Positions 61,153 to 64,000 of a stretch of 64,000 nucleotides of DNA are shown here, piece by piece (position 1 is the first letter of the stretch; every line of letters starts with the position of its first letter). The stretch comes from Vicugna vicugna (Eukaryota). Made by a program: the position numbers and the translations under genes. Location: contig MU058584.1 of the NCBI GenBank assembly GCA_013265495.1, forward strand, positions 6,290,407 to 6,354,406, read 5' to 3'. The notes below the pieces were generated by a model. It had not been told where the DNA came from, did no database searches, and saw only the letters and a list, made by a program, of their open reading frames with translations.

Positions 61153-64000
61153 GGCAGAAACAGATGCCCTGGACATTCATGTTTCAGTCTAAGTGCAATG
61201 AGAAGATACTGAAAAGTGTTAAGTATGATCTGATGGACACCTTTAAAAATATTGTATCGATGTTGCCATCTGGTCATGGCAGTTCGACCATAGAAAGCTT
61301 GATGCTTTCCCCAAAAGAAGCTCAATAGAACTTTACACGGCCATTAGAGAGCAACCAATCATATTTGGGATAGTTGTCTCAATTTTAAAGCATAACCATT
61401 TACCATTCTTAATCTTTAAAAGCAACTCTTTGGTAAATTTTGAATATTCTGTTTGATTATGTCGTATGTAACTTAACTCTTCATGATTCAGAAATATCCA
61501 TTTCAGTTTATAAACCATTTATTGCTTTGAATGTGAGGTGATGTGCAAGGCATTGAAGTATAAAAATGATGGAGATTGTGCTCTTGAATTTATAATCTGA
61601 TGAAGAAGACAGATACATAAAGAGGTAATAATCTTTGAGAGTAAACAATAAGGAAAGGCGTTTATAGGGCTCTATAGGAGCACAGTGAAGTATTCAGTGG
61701 TGTTTTCTTGGAGCTTTTGCTCAAGTCAAATATTGAAAGTAAATGACAATTGGCCACATGAAGAAAGGAGGGGTATGTGTTCCAGGAAAAAGGAAGAGTC
61801 CAGCAAACCCATATAGTTTCCAGCTAAGTTTCAGCAGACTGGCAACCCTAGAAGTAAGAGTGATGACAAAGGTGTGAGGGTAAGAGAGGGGCCTGGTCAT
61901 GGAGGCCCTTGGATGGCCAGCCAAGGCCCTTCTACTACTCTGTAGGCAATGGCGATCAACTGGGGAGATGTAAATAAGAGCTAAGATGTGCATTTCAGCA
62001 GATGTATCAGTCAGAGTACTTTGGTTGTAAGCAACTGAAACTGACCCAACTAAGAAGGAATTTTTTTGCAAAACTTCAAAGGATTATAGAATTGAAAGGA
62101 AAGCTTAATCATTTCTGTACTAAGATAATAGCTTCTCAGCTTATCTCCCTGCACTCTTATGCCGAAGGGTGACAGAACCCTTTGCCATGGCTTTGTGCTG
62201 AGGGTTTTCCTACAAGGGACCATGAGTCATTCTAGTGACCCATGAGCAATGGAAATCACTTGGTGTATAAACTCCCCTCTAGAGCTTGCTCATATTGGGA
62301 AATGAATGGGAGTGAGAAAGTAATTTGAGAGGCTCTGCTTACTACAACAAATGCTCAAGTTGACTGGGGTGCAATCAAGACCACTTACTACCCACAAGGA
62401 GACAATCAGAGAGGTTTAAACCAACTGTTCAATACATGGGGGACCCACAAGACTGGATAAGAAGCAATAAAGACAATAGGTAGAATTTTTTTCCCTCTGT
62501 CAGTGATGTCCCTTGGATAATGATAGAGTCTTTGTCGTTTGTTTTTAATGTTTGAACAGAAACCAACTTATCAGCTCTCTAACCCCAAGTACAAAATGTA
62601 GGAGGATCTGTCAAGATAGAAGTCAACAGCAATTCCCTAACAAAACTTAATGGAAGCTGCTTTTGAGTCTTTAGGGACCAGGGAAAGAAAGTTGAACAGA
62701 GAAGGGAAATGACAGGCTAGATGTAAGGTAAACTGCCCATTCACCAAAGGTCTTAACTCCAGTGCAATAGCCATTGAAAAGGACAATATGCTTAGGAAAT
62801 ATCTAAAGGTGTGTAGAGAGTCAGACAAATTGGAGGAGTCATCTTTAATTGGAGAAGGGACTCTCAATACAAGTGAGAAATTTGGGGAACCGAAGTTGAC
62901 CCCCAAAGATGTAAGATATGTCATTGATACCCACGCTCACTTATATATCTTTAAAGAGCTCGTGACATTTCCTTTAAGGCATCCCTTTGCCAGTGGCAGT
63001 TAGCTCCCTGGGATACCCAGCTCTGGACAGATACTTTGGTTTCTGAGGTAGGTTAATGATCATCTTCTATGCTTCTTAAAAAAAGACCCTGAGGAGAGGG
63101 TCCTCATTTTTATAGAAGTTCAGATATTTTATGGATGACTAAGGGAGTCAGCAGAAAGCCTACCGACCTCTTTCAGGTGCAATTCAACCACGGTGTTTCT
63201 GAGGTCTGGGCTCTACCTGGTGGGCCATCAATTCTTCATGGAAGAAAAATATCTAAAAGGAGATGGCTTTGTTTAGTTTTGTTACACTGAGGTCCTCAAG
63301 TGGTAGGAAGGGACTTAAAGAAGAGACTGAGGGAAGGAAAAGAGAAAAAAATTCATCAAGGGAGTCAGATGCCTGCAGCTCATCATGAAATGAGTATCAT
63401 GGGTGACGGGCACTCCTGTTAAAGCTTGGGTCCAAATCAACTCTGTAATATCAGCTTATAGATATTCTGTAATTCTGTAGAAACGACAAGAACTAGAGGA
63501 ATGGTGGCCTGACCTTTTTGGCAGGAGCCAGGGCAGGGGTGGTGGTGGTGGTTCATTTTTCCTAGCAGCTCTTTAACCAGTTTCCCTTTTCTATCGAATC
63601 TGTTGCAGAGCATGAGGTTGGGAAGGGAGAATCACTTGCTCTATTTGAGACTCATTACTGTAGTGAGCCTCTGTGTTTGAGGGATGATATCAAATATGGC
63701 ATATACACTGGAGAGAAAAAAAAAGGGGTTTTGAGTCAATAGGGACTATTCAAACCCTCCGAGCACCTGCTATACTGCTTTCAAATATCACCTGTCTCAA
63801 GATTTGCATAGGTGGAATAATGGGACAATATTTACCTTTCCCTGTGGAACAACCAGAGTAACCAGACAAAGTATATAAAACAAGGATTTTCAATACACTG
63901 GTTATTAGGCAACAGAGGGCAATGATCCCTGAGAAACAGAAAGTGGACAAAGTAAGCCCTATTATTATCTCTAATTTATGCCTTGTGAGAGTTTCCTGGC

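Noticed and set aside
1..64000. CRISPR arrays, operons, retrons or other prokaryotic-type systems
   Set aside because: The sequence is mammalian repeat-rich DNA with no regularly spaced repeat-spacer array, and the only RT is L1 ORF2.

Overview
Mammalian genomic DNA that is AT-rich and CpG-depleted, most likely from a camelid (inference). It carries two tRNA-Ala-derived Vic-1-type SINEs and a lineage-specific L1 family, and I saw no Alu, Bov-tA/BovB or PRE-1. I could not recognise any host protein-coding gene, so the window looks intergenic or intronic and is dense in repeats. The only convincing long ORF belongs to a young, 5'-truncated LINE-1 at 50336-53051 (+). Its ORF2 remnant (RT plus C-terminal domain) is open for 781 codons, it has a perfect 18-bp target-site duplication (TSD), and it appears to carry a short 3' transduction. 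The rest consists of short young L1 3' ends, old L1M fragments, L2/MIR, solo LTRs (ERV1-like, LTR16-like, MLT1) and DNA transposons (MER82, MER47/Tigger5, MER20, Charlie1-type, MER5, a mariner remnant and a ~1.6-kb hAT transposase fossil), plus microsatellites. The most notable oddities are a SINE and an L1 3' end inside one shared TSD (candidate chimeric retrocopy), a twin-primed mini-L1, nested insertions and a motif-rich repeat-free segment. I found no evidence for a new multi-gene system. Repeat family names come from recalled consensus sequences, not a database search, and the boundaries of old repeats are approximate.
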